64,000 nt of DNA from Mobula hypostoma. Its lineage: Eukaryota. Each line of letters starts with the position of its first letter. Position 1 is the stretch's first letter. Shown piece after piece: positions 62,072-64,000 of this stretch. The notes under the pieces are model-generated. The model was given only the letters and a program-made list of their open reading frames with translations. It was not told where the DNA came from and made no database searches. The stretch covers positions 16,618,001-16,682,000 of the forward strand of contig NC_086118.1 in NCBI RefSeq assembly GCF_963921235.1, given 5' to 3'. Position numbers and translations under genes: made by a program.

Positions 62072-62410
62072 TAGTTTCAGGAACAGTTATTACCCTACAA
62101 CCATCAGGCTCTTGAATCAGAGTGGATAATTTCACTCACCTCAACTCTGAACTGATTCCACAACCTATGGACTCACTTTCGAGGACTCTACAACTCACGT
62201 TCTCAATATAATTTATTTGCTAATTTTTATTTTTATTTGCCTAGTTTGCCTTCTTTTGAACATTGGTTACTTATTAGTCTTTATAGCTTTCTAAATTGAT
62301 TGTATTGTATTACTTTGCTTTCCTATGAATGTCTGTGAGAAAATCACTCTCAAGGTGACATATATGTACAGTATCTTAATAATCAAGTTACTTTGATCTT
62401 TGAACTTTAC
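62072..62410 (+). mobile_element. Rex1/Babar 3' end
   Basis: FRNSYYPTTIRLLN, then 3' UTR ending actttgatctttgaacttt. Confidence 0.8.
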
Positions 62411-63707
62411 CTTCAGATAAAAAGTGATGAAATTTTATTAAGATTGCCAAACTATTGAACTACTTTATATATATTTTTGTATATCTATATAAACAAAATA
62501 TTATAAAAATAAATATATATATTTAGATACTACATATTTCTGAAAATATGCATAAGATTAACAAATAATTTTAAATTACATGAAAATATCAAGAGTAAAT
62601 AATTTGCTGTCCTTACCCAGTACAGCCTATGTGTGACTCCTAATATCAATATGATGCCTCTTCAGCTCAGGATAATTAGTTGGCAGAGACATGCGTGTCC
62701 CATGAATTAATAACATAAGAACACTACATATTGTTCATGTACGTAGGAATCTGATCCATAAAATGCAAATTTTTTCTTTTTTTATTCATTTTTGTTTGCA
62801 CTTTGCTCTGAATTATGCCTGTTAAATATTTTGCCTTTGATGGCTGCAATTTGAAAGACAAAGGAGCAATCCTAGACGCATATATTTAAAGAAAGTTTCA
62901 ATTCCGTTGCTCTTATCAGCCTCTACAGAGTTTAACTACTATTTAAGCAGAGTTTTGCTCTACAGCTGACTGACAGTTCACTTAATCAAGTGACATGGTG
63001 ATAACTGCACATTGGAAAATAAAGCAGACCAGGCGGATAATGATTGAAAAGATGAAGTGTACTGTCAGAATTTATCTGTCACTAATCAAGCACTTTTATT
63101 ACGATGGAAGTCAGGGAACAAAGGGTGAAAGAGGGTAAAAAAAAGCAGCTAATGACTATTTGTTCAAAGAATAGAATCTGACCACTTTTGTTTTTCTTTT
63201 ACCTCTAGACCAGCATGTTTTAATTCAAGAAACACAGGAGTGCTTTGAACTATTGGTCTTAAAATTCAAAAAGTTGCCATAACCAAGGAAGGCCAGGATT
63301 AGAAACTGCTTCCATCTCTTTTCATATCCTGTTCTATGTTAAAAATATTGATGACCTATATATAGCGCTTGATTTTTTTTGAAGTTTTTATTTCTGGCTT
63401 TGTGCAGAGGCTGAGTTTGCAGTTCTATTCATGCTTAACAATCTCACTGCATTTTCAGTTACTAAAGCGACTTCTGTCAAAGAGGTGCATCATTTACAAA
63501 GTGCATCTAAATCGAATTTGCTAATAAAAATCTATGCACATTTAAAGTCATATTCCATAATTTACCATGGAGTACCAGGTCACCATTGTCATGTCACCAG
63601 CCATTGCAACCCAAATTCAAATTAGATTAGCCAACAGACTACACACAATTGGAAAGCCCCGTGGAATACTCCTGAAGCAATGAATGAAAATGTTTCACTA
63701 TCAGCTG

Positions 63708-64000
63708 AAATTTCAAAGTAAAATTTATTATCACAGTCACCACGTACAACCCTGAAATTCCTTTTCCTGTGGGCATAGTCAAAATAGTAACTGTACACAG
63801 GATTAATGCACGAGTGAGAACGTCGAAGACAGCAAACTGTGCAAATGCAAATATAAATAAATAGCAGTAGCTAACAAGAGCAGGAAGTAACAAGATAAAG
63901 AGTCCTGAAAGTGAGATCATTGGTTGCTGGAACAGCTCAATAGTTATCCTCTTTCGTTCAACAGCCTGATGGTTGAGGAATAGTAATTGATCTTGAACCT
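63708..64000 (-). mobile_element. Rex1/Babar 3' end, runs off the window
   Basis: Minus strand RFKINYYSSTIRLLN; tail ttcaaagtaaaatttattatc. Confidence 0.75.

Noticed and set aside
62617..62750. Possible minus-strand exon with AG and GTAAG boundaries
   Set aside because: Stops in all three frames. A non-coding exon cannot be supported without transcript data.
1..64000. CRISPR array, operon or other prokaryotic/viral system
   Set aside because: No regularly spaced repeats or gene-dense coding. All long ORFs are eukaryotic retroelement domains.

Overview
This is repeat-dense vertebrate intergenic or intronic DNA, inferred from its repeat families (HE1-type V-SINEs, CR1 LINEs with (TTCTATG)n tails, Deu-domain SINE relics) to come from a cartilaginous fish, probably a ray. 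No host gene exon, tRNA/rRNA gene or CRISPR array could be supported. Every recognisable ORF is transposon-derived: many CR1 and Rex1/Babar LINE fragments, RTE and L1/Tx1 fragments, one decayed full-length Gypsy provirus, four solo LTRs (two tentative), one hAT-type MITE, and young Penelope-like elements (PLE, GIY-YIG, Neptune-type). The most notable signal is at the PLE terminal repeat. It encodes a minimal type I hammerhead ribozyme, and it recurs as short fold-back (palindromic) non-coding inserts of several ages, including a near-perfect 106-bp-arm hairpin with a 14-bp target-site duplication. Family assignments come from motifs recognised by eye, not database searches. Boundaries of old repeats are approximate.
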